This document shows, piece after piece, positions 52,979-61,570 of a stretch of DNA of 64,000 nucleotides. The stretch's first letter is position 1. Each line of letters starts with the position of its first letter. Origin of the DNA: an uncultured bacterium (GTDB taxonomy: Bacteria; Patescibacteriota; Minisyncoccia; Phycocordibacterales; UBA2100); assembly GCA_903858755.1 (NCBI GenBank), contig CAIOKC010000029.1, positions 1,059-65,058 on the forward strand. The letters are read 5' to 3'. Below the pieces are notes generated by a model. The model was not told where the DNA came from and ran no database searches. It saw only the letters and a list, made by a program, of their open reading frames with translations. Position numbers and translations under genes: made by a program.

Positions 52979-55900
52979 TGCGAAAGGGTGCGACTCGGGC
53001 TGATATAATGAGCGGAATGGGAGAAATGGGAGAGAATGTGCGACGTCTATTCGCGCTCGCGTTTGTGTTGCCGCTCTTTTTTGTTTTCGCGTACTTACTA
53101 CCCACGAGCGACACAGGACCCGTCCAGTTTGCCGACGCGCAGCTGGGGCGGTATGAAGTGGATTATTCGCTGCGGTTCAACGACGACGATAGTCCGTACC
53201 TCACCAAGACGTTTACGCAGGTCGGCTCGACGACGAAGTGGACTTTCAGTACATGGGTGAAGCCGGGCAATTTGAGCATAGACAGGTATCTCCTGGACGC
53301 CTATGTCGACGCGAACAACAGGACGTATATCGCGCTTGTGTCTTCAAATGCGCTGCAATTCGCCGACTACAGCGGCGGCTCCGCGAGATGCAACAAAATA
53401 ACATCCGCGCTCTTCCGTGACCCCGCCGCGTGGACGCACATCGTGGTTGCGGTGGATACGACACAGGCGACCGCCGCAAATAGGAATCGCATTTATGTGA
53501 ACGGCACGGAGATCACCTCTTTCAGCACTGACACGAATTGCACGCAAAATATCTCGACGTGGATAACCGACGACAACGACAATGCCGGGAGCAACGTAGT
53601 GCACAATCTCGGCAGGTATGGAGGAGGGTCGGCTTATTTCGACGGCTACCTTTCCGAAGCGTACCTCGTCGACGGGCAGCAGCTCACTCCCTCCTCCTTC
53701 GGCTTTTCCGATTCCAACGGCTACTGGCGTCCGAAGGCGTATCTCGGCACTTCAAGCGGCGCGAATAGTTTTTTCGGCACCAACGGCTTTTATTTCAACT
53801 TCGCCTCGACGACCGCGCTCGGCTGGAACCTCGCCTCGACCAGCGCCGCAACTGCCGCATGGACAGCGACCAATCTCGATGCGACGGATCAGACGATAGA
53901 CACGCCGTCGCACACATTCGCCGCTTTCAACAGTCTCGATAAATCAGGGACTGCCGGTACGTACAGCAACGGTAACTTGGTTTGGCTGAACTCGGCGGCT
54001 ACTGGCAACTACGCCCAAGCATACGGGTCAATTTCGATGACGAGTGGAAAATGGTACGCCGAATTCTACATGAATGATGTTACTAATGGTGCACCCGGGT
54101 TTATATTAGGAACAACAAATCCAGGCACTAACAGGTATTTGGGTCAAGATACTTACTCGTACTCGTATATAAGTGACGGCCGCAAGGTTAACAATAGTTC
54201 TTTTACAGCATACGGTGCTTCCTTCACAGTGGGAGATACCGTAAGTGTTACGATAGACGCGGATGCTGGGTCAGTGACCTTTTATAAAAACTGTTCAAGC
54301 CAAGGTGTAGCGTTTAGCGGCCTGACAGGACCGTTCCGCTTTGCCATCGACGGGGAAATAAACGGCGGGGCGAATGCGAATTTCGGACAACTCAAACACG
54401 CAACTTCTACGGCAACAGCGAACACCTTTAGAGACAGCGCTGGGGGGCACTTCATGTGTGCTCCGCCCTCCGGCTACAAAGCCCTCTCGACCGCCAATCT
54501 GCCCGACGTGGCGATACAGAAGCCGGCGAATTATTTCGACGCCGTCGCGTATACGGGAGACGCCGGAGCGACGAAGTCGATCTCGTCTCTCGCTTTTGCT
54601 CCGAGTCTTGTCTGGCTCAAAAACAGGTCGAGCGCGTATAGCCACACGCTTTTCGACGCGATACGAGGCGCGGGGAGCGGCATGTGCCTTTTTTCCAATG
54701 GAACAAACGCGGAAGGCGGCAACTGCGATTCGACCTACGGCTACCTTTCCTCCTTTGACTCGCTCGGATTTACCGTCACCAAAGGCAGCGACGCGACGAG
54801 CTACACCAACGGCTCAGGGCAGAACTACATCGCCTGGAACTGGAAAGAATCCGCAACGAGCGGGTTTGATATCGTCACCTACACCGGGGATGGGAATTCG
54901 TCCAAGACCGTAGGGCATTCGCTCGGGAGCGCGCCCGACTTTGTGATCCAGAAAAGCAGGAACGCGACCGGAGGCTGGCCAGTATATCATCGCTCGCTCG
55001 GCGCCACGGGTGCCGTGCAATTGGAATCCACCGGCGCGTTCAACGTGAGCAGCACATATTGGAACGACACGGCACCGGACGCGACAAACATAACGATAGG
55101 GTCGGGTCTCAACACCAATGGAACCACATATATTTTGTATGCGTTTGACGAAAAAGAAGGCTTCTCCAAATTCGGCTCATACACCGGCAACGGCTCCGCC
55201 GACGGACCGTTCGTTTACACGGGCTTCAAGCCGCGCTTTATCATGTTCAAGCGTACAGATACCGCTTCTGCCAATGCAGACTGGTTCATTCTTGATACGT
55301 CTCGTCTTTCATATAATCCAAACAATCTGTTTCTTTTTCCTGATTTGACCAATGCCGAGAACGCAGCTGGCCTACATTCTGCCGATTTCCTATCGAACGG
55401 ATTCAAGGTGCGCAATACTGGCGATGGCATGAACGCCTCCGGCGGCACCTACGTCTACGCCGCCTTCGCCGAGCAGCCGTTCAAACTTTCGGCGACCAAC
55501 AGTTTCTCGTGGTACGCGAATCTCTTCGGCGCCTCGGGCGAGACCATATTTACGAAAGCAGTGTCTATTACCGGCAATCTCTCGGTCCAATACCAGCTTT
55601 CCAAGGGCGCGGGCACGTTCGTCATCGACCACCCGCTTGATCCGAAAAATAAACTGCTCTATCACTCGTTCGTCGAATCACCGGATCAGAAAAATATCTA
55701 CGATGGGCTAGCGGAATTAGACGAAAATGGCGAGGCTGTCGTGGAGCTGCCGGATTATTTCCTCGCCCTCAACACCGACTATCGCTACCTCGCCACACCC
55801 ATAGGCGAGCCCATGCCTGATTTGCACCTCGACCGCGGCGTCGTGCGCCGCTGGCTTGGGCTTATCGGCGCGCCTGCATTCAAGCTCTCGGGGGGAGTGC

Positions 55901-56046
55901 CCGGCGGGCGCGTCTCCTGGCAGGTATCCGGCGTGCGCCAAGATCCGTATGCCCTCGACCACCCCATCACTCCCGAGGCGGAAAAAGGACCAGACCAGCT
56001 CGTCGACAAAGGGGAGTACCTCCACCCGGAATTCTATGCCAACTAA
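52954..56046 (+). CDS. Giant (~1030 aa) membrane-anchored LamG/concanavalin-A-like jelly-roll protein with a conserved ~170-aa C-terminal module
   Basis: The first 9 codons (MSDLRNHSL) are the REP2 palindrome itself. The true start may be ATG 53008. TM LFALAFVLPLFFVFAYLL. WTFSTWVKPGNLS...AWTHIVVAVD...NRIYVNGTEI is the LamG-type signature, and a second jelly-roll-like segment lies around 54000-54450. The C-terminal module GAGTFVIDHPLDPKNKLLYHSFVESPDQKNIYDG... is shared with the genes at 56806 and 57384. Confidence 0.55.
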   Translation: MSDLRNHSLRKGATRADIMSGMGEMGENVRRLFALAFVLPLFFVFAYLLPTSDTGPVQFADAQLGRYEVDYSLRFNDDDSPYLTKTFTQVGSTTKWTFSTWVKPGNLSIDRYLLDAYVDANNRTYIALVSSNALQFADYSGGSARCNKITSALFRDPAAWTHIVVAVDTTQATAANRNRIYVNGTEITSFSTDTNCTQNISTWITDDNDNAGSNVVHNLGRYGGGSAYFDGYLSEAYLVDGQQLTPSSFGFSDSNGYWRPKAYLGTSSGANSFFGTNGFYFNFASTTALGWNLASTSAATAAWTATNLDATDQTIDTPSHTFAAFNSLDKSGTAGTYSNGNLVWLNSAATGNYAQAYGSISMTSGKWYAEFYMNDVTNGAPGFILGTTNPGTNRYLGQDTYSYSYISDGRKVNNSSFTAYGASFTVGDTVSVTIDADAGSVTFYKNCSSQGVAFSGLTGPFRFAIDGEINGGANANFGQLKHATSTATANTFRDSAGGHFMCAPPSGYKALSTANLPDVAIQKPANYFDAVAYTGDAGATKSISSLAFAPSLVWLKNRSSAYSHTLFDAIRGAGSGMCLFSNGTNAEGGNCDSTYGYLSSFDSLGFTVTKGSDATSYTNGSGQNYIAWNWKESATSGFDIVTYTGDGNSSKTVGHSLGSAPDFVIQKSRNATGGWPVYHRSLGATGAVQLESTGAFNVSSTYWNDTAPDATNITIGSGLNTNGTTYILYAFDEKEGFSKFGSYTGNGSADGPFVYTGFKPRFIMFKRTDTASANADWFILDTSRLSYNPNNLFLFPDLTNAENAAGLHSADFLSNGFKVRNTGDGMNASGGTYVYAAFAEQPFKLSATNSFSWYANLFGASGETIFTKAVSITGNLSVQYQLSKGAGTFVIDHPLDPKNKLLYHSFVESPDQKNIYDGLAELDENGEAVVELPDYFLALNTDYRYLATPIGEPMPDLHLDRGVVRRWLGLIGAPAFKLSGGVPGGRVSWQVSGVRQDPYALDHPITPEAEKGPDQLVDKGEYLHPEFYAN

Positions 56047-56053
56047 CCTCCAC

Positions 56054-56793
56054 AGCAAGGTCCGACCTTGCTCAGACGCCTGGGTCGGCGTATTCGAGCC
56101 AGTCATGCACGGATTTTCTGAACGTAGCAGGGCTTTCAAAATACTCGGGCAGTGCTGTTGTGTCGACAATTTTTCTTTCGGGACGCTTTGTGCCGGCGTA
56201 GTCCGCGAAGCTCGAGTAGCGAAATTTCTCCAGGAATTCTTTTGTCCGAGATTGGTCTTTGATGCCGTTCTCTTTCCACTTCGAATCGATCAGCTTTACC
56301 GGATTCAAGTGGATGTACGATACGAGATACTTAAGATACCGATCGTTGCCCGCATGCTCGGCTTTATACTTGCCCTGGAAGAGCGCGCCAACTCGCTGGT
56401 AGCGCATATTAAAATACATTGCGTACGCGGTCGTGAGCTTCTGCATAAAAGTACTGATCCCGGAGTCGGAGCGTTCTCGTGCGAGAATGTGGAAGTGATT
56501 CGGCATCAGACAATAGGCGCATATGTCGATAAGCGGCTCGCCTCGGGTCTCGCCGAGCGCCGCGCTGAGCAGGGTTTTGCCTTTTGCGCGGCTGAGGTTG
56601 TCGAGCCGGATGGTTTCGGAGCCGTTGGCGAGGTAGAGGAGAGCAAGAAATCGCTCGTAGTCGGCTTTATTTTGGAATATTTTGCGTTTTTCCGTGCCGC
56701 GATTGTACAGGTGATAATATTCCTCTGGCGCGAACTCGATCTGTCTCGTCATGCCGCCAATGATACCATGGGACGAGCAAGGTCCGACCTTGC
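56054..56793 (-). mobile_element. REP/RAYT unit 3: RAYT gene flanked by REP3 palindromes AGCAAGGTC-C-GACCTTGCT
   Basis: Perfect 9-1-9 palindromes at 56054-56072 (overlapping the RAYT stop codon) and ~56775-56793. A third copy lies in a GT4 gene at 18867-18885. Confidence 0.6.
56072..56752 (-). CDS. REP-associated tyrosine transposase-like protein (Y1 HuH) paralog 3
   Basis: MTRQIEFAPEEYYHLYNRGTEKR...MPNHFHILA (HuH)...YLVSYIHLNPVKL...FRYSSFADY. Coordinates follow the ORF track. My own codon count placed the ATG 1 nt lower. Confidence 0.65.
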   Translation of the reverse strand: MTRQIEFAPEEYYHLYNRGTEKRKIFQNKADYERFLALLYLANGSETIRLDNLSRAKGKTLLSAALGETRGEPLIDICAYCLMPNHFHILARERSDSGISTFMQKLTTAYAMYFNMRYQRVGALFQGKYKAEHAGNDRYLKYLVSYIHLNPVKLIDSKWKENGIKDQSRTKEFLEKFRYSSFADYAGTKRPERKIVDTTALPEYFESPATFRKSVHDWLEYADPGV

Positions 56794-56805
56794 TATGGGA
56801 TACGT

Positions 56806-57387
56806 ATGAGCTTCACAAAGAGAATTGCCGCGCTGTTTGTCTTGTGCATTATGCTCGGGGCGGTTTCCGTCGCGCAGGGCGCGGTGAGCACGATATCCAT
56901 AACAACGAATACGCAAGTGGCGTCGAATCTCGACGTGCGCGGCTCCGTCTCAAAAGGAAGCGGCACCTTCGTCATCGATCACCCGCTCCACCCGCGCTCC
57001 ATGCTTCTGTACCATTCGTTCGTCGAGTCGCCGGACGCGAAGAACGTATACGACGGCATCGCTCGTCTCGATGAGAACGGGGAGGCGGCGATACAGCTGC
57101 CAGAGTATTTTGAAGCGCTCAACGAGAATTTCAGATATCAGTTTTTCCCTATAGACGAAGCGATGCCGCATCTCTACATCAAGCAGGAAGTGCGGGACAA
57201 CGCATTCGTCGTTGCCGGAGGCGAGCCGCGCGGCAGGATTTCGTGGCAGGTGACGGGCGTCCGCCACGACCCCTTCATCGTTGCACATCCGATCCGCGTG
57301 GAAGTGCCGAAAGGCGCGGGTCAACCTGTCAACAAAGGAGAATACCTTTTTGGAGGATACGAGCAGGATACGGAACCGTCGCCATGA
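56806..57387 (+). CDS. Secreted stand-alone copy of the ~170-aa shared C-terminal module
   Basis: Signal peptide MSFTKRIAALFVLCIMLGAVSVAQGAVS. GSGTFVIDHPLHPRSMLLYHSFVESPDAKNVYDGIARLDENGEAAIQLPEYFEALNENFRYQ...RISWQVTGVRHDPF aligns with the C-termini of the 52954 and 57384 genes. Confidence 0.55.
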   Translation: MSFTKRIAALFVLCIMLGAVSVAQGAVSTISITTNTQVASNLDVRGSVSKGSGTFVIDHPLHPRSMLLYHSFVESPDAKNVYDGIARLDENGEAAIQLPEYFEALNENFRYQFFPIDEAMPHLYIKQEVRDNAFVVAGGEPRGRISWQVTGVRHDPFIVAHPIRVEVPKGAGQPVNKGEYLFGGYEQDTEPSP

Positions 57388-58130
57388 ACGAAAGAAAAAA
57401 TCACGCTCTGATCCTGGCGGCATATCTCGCTTTGTTCCCAGGGTCTACCTTGGCGTATAGTCAGGGCACATACTACAGCCAGTCGTACTATCAGTCGTAT
57501 TACCAATCTTACTACCAGTCCTACTATCAGGGGTACTACCAGGGCGGATACTACTCGCAGGCGTCGTACGGCGTTACGTTCACGACTCCGGTGACAGCGC
57601 TTGGAAATGTGTCGGTCTCTGGCGCGATAGGGAAAGGCGGCGGGTCGTTCGTCATCGACCATCCGCTCGATCCCGCGAACAAACTTCTCTACCACTCGTT
57701 TGTCGAATCTCCGGAGGTGAAAAATCTGTATGACGGCATCGCTACGCTCGACGCGAAAGGCGAGGCGGTCGTCCAACTCCCCCGTTACTTCGAGGCTTTG
57801 AATAAGGATTTCCGCTATCAGCTGAAGGGGTTGGACAAAGCGGCTCCGGATATCCATGTGAAAAAAGAGATTTCACACAACCGGTTCACGATCGCGGGAG
57901 GGCAGCCGGGCGCGCGGGTCTCCTGGCAAGTGACGGGTGTCAGGAAAGACCCGTACATTCTCGCGAACCCGATTATCCCTGAGGTCTCCAAGAGTAAGGA
58001 TGCGCTTCTCGGGGTCGGACAGTACGTCTATCCAGAAGGGTACGGGCTCGGGGAGTATTCGCCGATGAAGTATAGCTTTCAATTTTTCGCGGGAGTACGC
58101 GCTTTGATAGAGAACGTCATACGGTTGTAG
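57384..58130 (+). CDS. Secreted Tyr/Gln-repeat (YYQS)n protein + shared C-terminal module
   Basis: Start at ATG 57384 (MNERKNHALILAAYLALFPGSTLAYS signal). YYSQSYYQSYYQSYYQSYYQGYYQGGYYSQASY low-complexity tract, then GGGSFVIDHPLDPANKLLYHSFVESPEVKNLYDGIATLDAKGEAVVQLPRYFEALNKDFRYQ. ATGA overlap with the upstream stop. Confidence 0.55.
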   Translation: MNERKNHALILAAYLALFPGSTLAYSQGTYYSQSYYQSYYQSYYQSYYQGYYQGGYYSQASYGVTFTTPVTALGNVSVSGAIGKGGGSFVIDHPLDPANKLLYHSFVESPEVKNLYDGIATLDAKGEAVVQLPRYFEALNKDFRYQLKGLDKAAPDIHVKKEISHNRFTIAGGQPGARVSWQVTGVRKDPYILANPIIPEVSKSKDALLGVGQYVYPEGYGLGEYSPMKYSFQFFAGVRALIENVIRL

Positions 58131-58133
58131 AAT

Positions 58134-59327
58134 GTGTCCATGCATCGGCTATCCGTTATCGCGGTCGCAGGTCTTGCCGCATGCGCGCTCGCCGTGTACT
58201 TCCTGGGCGTCTGGACACCGTATACGGAAGCGCGGACCATCGCGCGCGGCGCGGCCGATTTCAAGGAACTATCGGATCGATTCGCGGCGCTTGCGGAGAG
58301 GAAAGGAGCGGAGTACGCGTTTGAAGTGCTGCGTCGGACCCAATTTCCTCCGCAGACAGATCTTCATTTGCTCGGTCATGTGGTCGGCGATGAGCTCTAC
58401 AAACAGAAGGGCATAGAGGGAATCGCCGTCTGCACGCAGGATTTCCGGAATGCTTGCTCGCACTCCATCGTCATTGGTGCGCTAGATGAATACGGCGGTG
58501 AGGAAGCGCTCGGGCTCGTACGCGATGCGTGCGAGAAAGCGCCCGGAGGACCAGGCGCGTACACGATGTGCTACCACGGACTCGGACACGGCGTCTTCGC
58601 TTTTTTTGGATATGATCTCACGCCGACCGTCGCGTTCTGCGAGAAGACCGGCACCGAACGTTATCATGAGCAAGAGTATACGGAGTGCGTGGGCGGGGCG
58701 ATTATGGAGCTTATGGGTGGAGGCGGGCACGATCGCGAGGCGTGGCTCACGGCGAGAGTGAAATATTTGTCGGAAGACAACCCTCTGCTGCCTTGCATGA
58801 GCGGCGAGGTACCCGACCAGGCGAAAGCGCTATGCCTCGTCTACCTCACGCCGCGCCTTCTTGAGCTTGCCGGTGCAAACCTGGGGAATCCCGATCAGGC
58901 GCTTTTCCCAAAAGCGCTCGCATTCTGCGACGCGATACCGGCTTCGGAGCAAGAGCTGCGCGATGCGTGCTTCGGCGGATTCGGGAAAGAATTTGTGCCG
59001 CTTGCCGGGAAGCGCGATATCCGCCGAGTCGACGAGTTCACGGACCAGGAGTACAAGACCGCGATCGGCTGGTGCTTGCTCGCGGAATCGGACGACGGGC
59101 GGAGGGCATGCATCGCCGATGCGGTCGCCTCGGTCTTTTGGGGTGGCGAGAACGATCCGGAGGCGTCGTTCAGATTCTGTAAACTTGCGGAGGGAGTGTC
59201 GCGGGACGCTTGCTACAAGAGACTTGCTGAGGATATCGGAAGGTACGCGCAAGAGGATATCCGCAGCGATCTTTGCAGTCGTATCCCCGCAGATTCCCGA
59301 GGCGCGTGCGTTTCTTCCGGCTCATGA
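58134..59327 (+). CDS. N-terminally anchored Cys/His-rich extracytoplasmic protein, paralog 1
   Basis: TM SVIAVAGLAACALAVYFLGVW. ~17 Cys. Conserved motifs CTQDFRNACSH, MCYHGLGHGVFAFFGY, ECVGG, DACFGGFG. Confidence 0.5.
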   Translation: MSMHRLSVIAVAGLAACALAVYFLGVWTPYTEARTIARGAADFKELSDRFAALAERKGAEYAFEVLRRTQFPPQTDLHLLGHVVGDELYKQKGIEGIAVCTQDFRNACSHSIVIGALDEYGGEEALGLVRDACEKAPGGPGAYTMCYHGLGHGVFAFFGYDLTPTVAFCEKTGTERYHEQEYTECVGGAIMELMGGGGHDREAWLTARVKYLSEDNPLLPCMSGEVPDQAKALCLVYLTPRLLELAGANLGNPDQALFPKALAFCDAIPASEQELRDACFGGFGKEFVPLAGKRDIRRVDEFTDQEYKTAIGWCLLAESDDGRRACIADAVASVFWGGENDPEASFRFCKLAEGVSRDACYKRLAEDIGRYAQEDIRSDLCSRIPADSRGACVSSGS

Positions 59328-60364
59328 TGCAGTACCGCGCCGCCCTTGTGTTCGGGCTCACTCTCCTTTTCGCAGGCGCGATTGTCATCTTCGGTGATGG
59401 GAGAACGACGATTTCCCCCGTCTCGGGACGAATCACCTCGTGGGAGGAGAAGATACGAGAGTACGGCGGAGCGCCTGCATATGAAATCCTTGCACAGGAT
59501 GTCGAGCGCTCGAGCGCTGAAGAGAAACATACGGCAGCGCATAATTTCGGGGCCGCGCTGTATCTCGTGGAAGGCGAGAACGGCCTTTTCGTTTGCGACA
59601 GCAGGTTTTCGTTCGGTTGTTTCCACGAATTTCTCGGCCGCGCGATCTCCGACCTCGGTATCGAGTCCGTCAAGAGGCTGAACGAAGGGTGTGTGGAGGC
59701 ACTCGGACCAATGGCGCTCTCGTGCCAGCACGGCATCGGACATGGCATACAAGCGTACTTCGGCTATACCGAGGATGCGTTGCGCGATGCCCTGCCCGTC
59801 TGCAGGGATCTTCCGTACAATGATCCAATCGGCGGATGCTACGGCGGTCTCTTCATGGAATACAATTTGGAGACCATGCTCGGCGAAGACGCCGTTGTTC
59901 GCGCACCGGAGGCAGGCGATCTCCAAGCCCCGTGCGACGACCTGTCGGAAGCGTACGCGCAAGCGTGCTATTTCTGGCAGCCGCAGTGGTGGCGGCAGAC
60001 GCTTCGGTCGGAAGGCGTCGTCGACGCTGAAAGTGCGTACGAGCGCATCGGGGAGCTATGTGACGAAGCCGGTGGCATATTCGCGCGCGCGTGCTTCGAA
60101 GGAGTGGGCAATAATATTCCTGTCGACGCCGATTTCGACGCGCGTGTGGCGAAGCGTCTGTGCGAAGTCGCGTCCGACGACTCTACGAAGCGTCTCTACT
60201 GCAAGTCGCTCGCGGCGAACTCTCTTGGCGTCGGCGGTGCCGGGAAGAAGGGCGACGCCGAGGCGGTGTGCGAGGGGCTCGCGGGAGATTCGCTCGCGTA
60301 CTGCATCGGGTATGCGCACAATACTCTCAATATCGCGGAGCCGGGCAAGTTCATTTCCGAATAA
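59324..60364 (+). CDS. N-terminally anchored Cys/His-rich extracytoplasmic protein, paralog 2
   Basis: Start at ATG 59324 (MMQYRAALVFGLTLLFAGAIVIF), ATGA overlap with paralog 1. Motifs CDSRFSFGCFH, SCQHGIGHGIQAYFGY, GCYGG, ACFEGVG. Confidence 0.5.
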   Translation: MMQYRAALVFGLTLLFAGAIVIFGDGRTTISPVSGRITSWEEKIREYGGAPAYEILAQDVERSSAEEKHTAAHNFGAALYLVEGENGLFVCDSRFSFGCFHEFLGRAISDLGIESVKRLNEGCVEALGPMALSCQHGIGHGIQAYFGYTEDALRDALPVCRDLPYNDPIGGCYGGLFMEYNLETMLGEDAVVRAPEAGDLQAPCDDLSEAYAQACYFWQPQWWRQTLRSEGVVDAESAYERIGELCDEAGGIFARACFEGVGNNIPVDADFDARVAKRLCEVASDDSTKRLYCKSLAANSLGVGGAGKKGDAEAVCEGLAGDSLAYCIGYAHNTLNIAEPGKFISE

Positions 60365-60409
60365 TCGTGCAAGAATCCGCCTTCCAGGAAAATGATATAG
60401 TAGCCGGAC

Positions 60410-61570
60410 ATGCGCGTTCGCCTCGGGCTGGTGTTTTTCATAGGGGTCGCGATCGCTCTTTGTGTCTTGGCGAGCAGAGGCGGATCAGCCGACGCTCTGG
60501 CACAAAAGATCTCGACTGCGTGCCGCAATGCTGCCGATGCGGCGAAGTGCTACGAACAGGAAGTGCCGACTCTATACCCAAGGCACGCGGTCTCTGAGGT
60601 TTTCGATGTCGTGCGGGAGATACGGCACAACGATCCCTCGTATCAATTCTGTCATGTGCTCGCGCATCGGCTCGGGGAGCGAGTCGTTGCCGAGGACCCC
60701 GACCACTGGATTGACGCGATACCGCTCAACCCGCCGGACGGTCTTTGCTCCAATGGATTCATCCACGGCGTTGTGGGGGGTCGGTTTCGCGCGGAAGTTC
60801 TTGACGACGAGACGGTCCGGGCGTTCATCCCGGATTTTGCTCGCGCCTGCGAAGCGCGGGACAGCTGGCGACCGAGCGATCTCGATCGGGCGATTTGCTA
60901 CCATGGTATGGGGCATTTGTATACTTTCATCACCGACGCAGATATCCCAAAAGCACTCGACATATGCGACAAGACGACGCCGGGCGACATGCATCGCGTC
61001 TGCATCGAGGGCGTATTCATGCAGATCTACCAGCCGCTCGAGCCGGACGATTTCCTCATGCTCGAGCGCATGGATGACCGACCGTCGACGACGACCGTGC
61101 GGCGGTATTGCGCGCATTTTGACGACGACCGATACGAGGGGGCGTGCTTGAGGGAAAGCTGGCCGTATTTCAAGGATGAAATCCTTTCCGGCGAAGGCGC
61201 CGAGCGTTTTTGTTCCGGGCAACCTTCTTTCGAGGAGACGCGCGCATGTTTCGATTCGATATCTTCGATCGTCGGTCGCATGTCTCTCAACGAGCCGAAT
61301 AACGCCGTGCGTGCATGCGGGAAGTTCCCATCGTCGTTCAAGGAAACGTGTTTTGCGGCGACTGCACAGGCGGTGCTTGAAGAGAATCGATCCGACAGCG
61401 AAGCAGCGATCGGCATATGTAAAAGCGCGGGAGCGCAAGAGCGTCCGTGCGTCGAGGCGCTCCTTTTGAGAGCGGGGTTTGTTTTCGGGAGCGATACGAA
61501 GCGGTATACTGATTTTTGCCGGCGTCTTCCAGACGACCTGCGATCACAATGTCTAAACACCGCGCAGTAG
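60410..61570 (+). CDS. N-terminally anchored Cys/His-rich extracytoplasmic protein, paralog 3
   Basis: TM LGLVFFIGVAIALCVLA. Motifs YQFCHVLAH, ICYHGMGHLYTF, VCIEGVF, many CxxxC pairs. More divergent than paralogs 1 and 2. Confidence 0.5.
   Translation: MRVRLGLVFFIGVAIALCVLASRGGSADALAQKISTACRNAADAAKCYEQEVPTLYPRHAVSEVFDVVREIRHNDPSYQFCHVLAHRLGERVVAEDPDHWIDAIPLNPPDGLCSNGFIHGVVGGRFRAEVLDDETVRAFIPDFARACEARDSWRPSDLDRAICYHGMGHLYTFITDADIPKALDICDKTTPGDMHRVCIEGVFMQIYQPLEPDDFLMLERMDDRPSTTTVRRYCAHFDDDRYEGACLRESWPYFKDEILSGEGAERFCSGQPSFEETRACFDSISSIVGRMSLNEPNNAVRACGKFPSSFKETCFAATAQAVLEENRSDSEAAIGICKSAGAQERPCVEALLLRAGFVFGSDTKRYTDFCRRLPDDLRSQCLNTAQ

Noticed and set aside
55560-58130. Diversity-generating retroelement (template/variable repeat) explanation for the three module copies
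   Set aside because: No reverse transcriptase ORF in the window, and the copies differ at all four nucleotides rather than adenine-specific positions.
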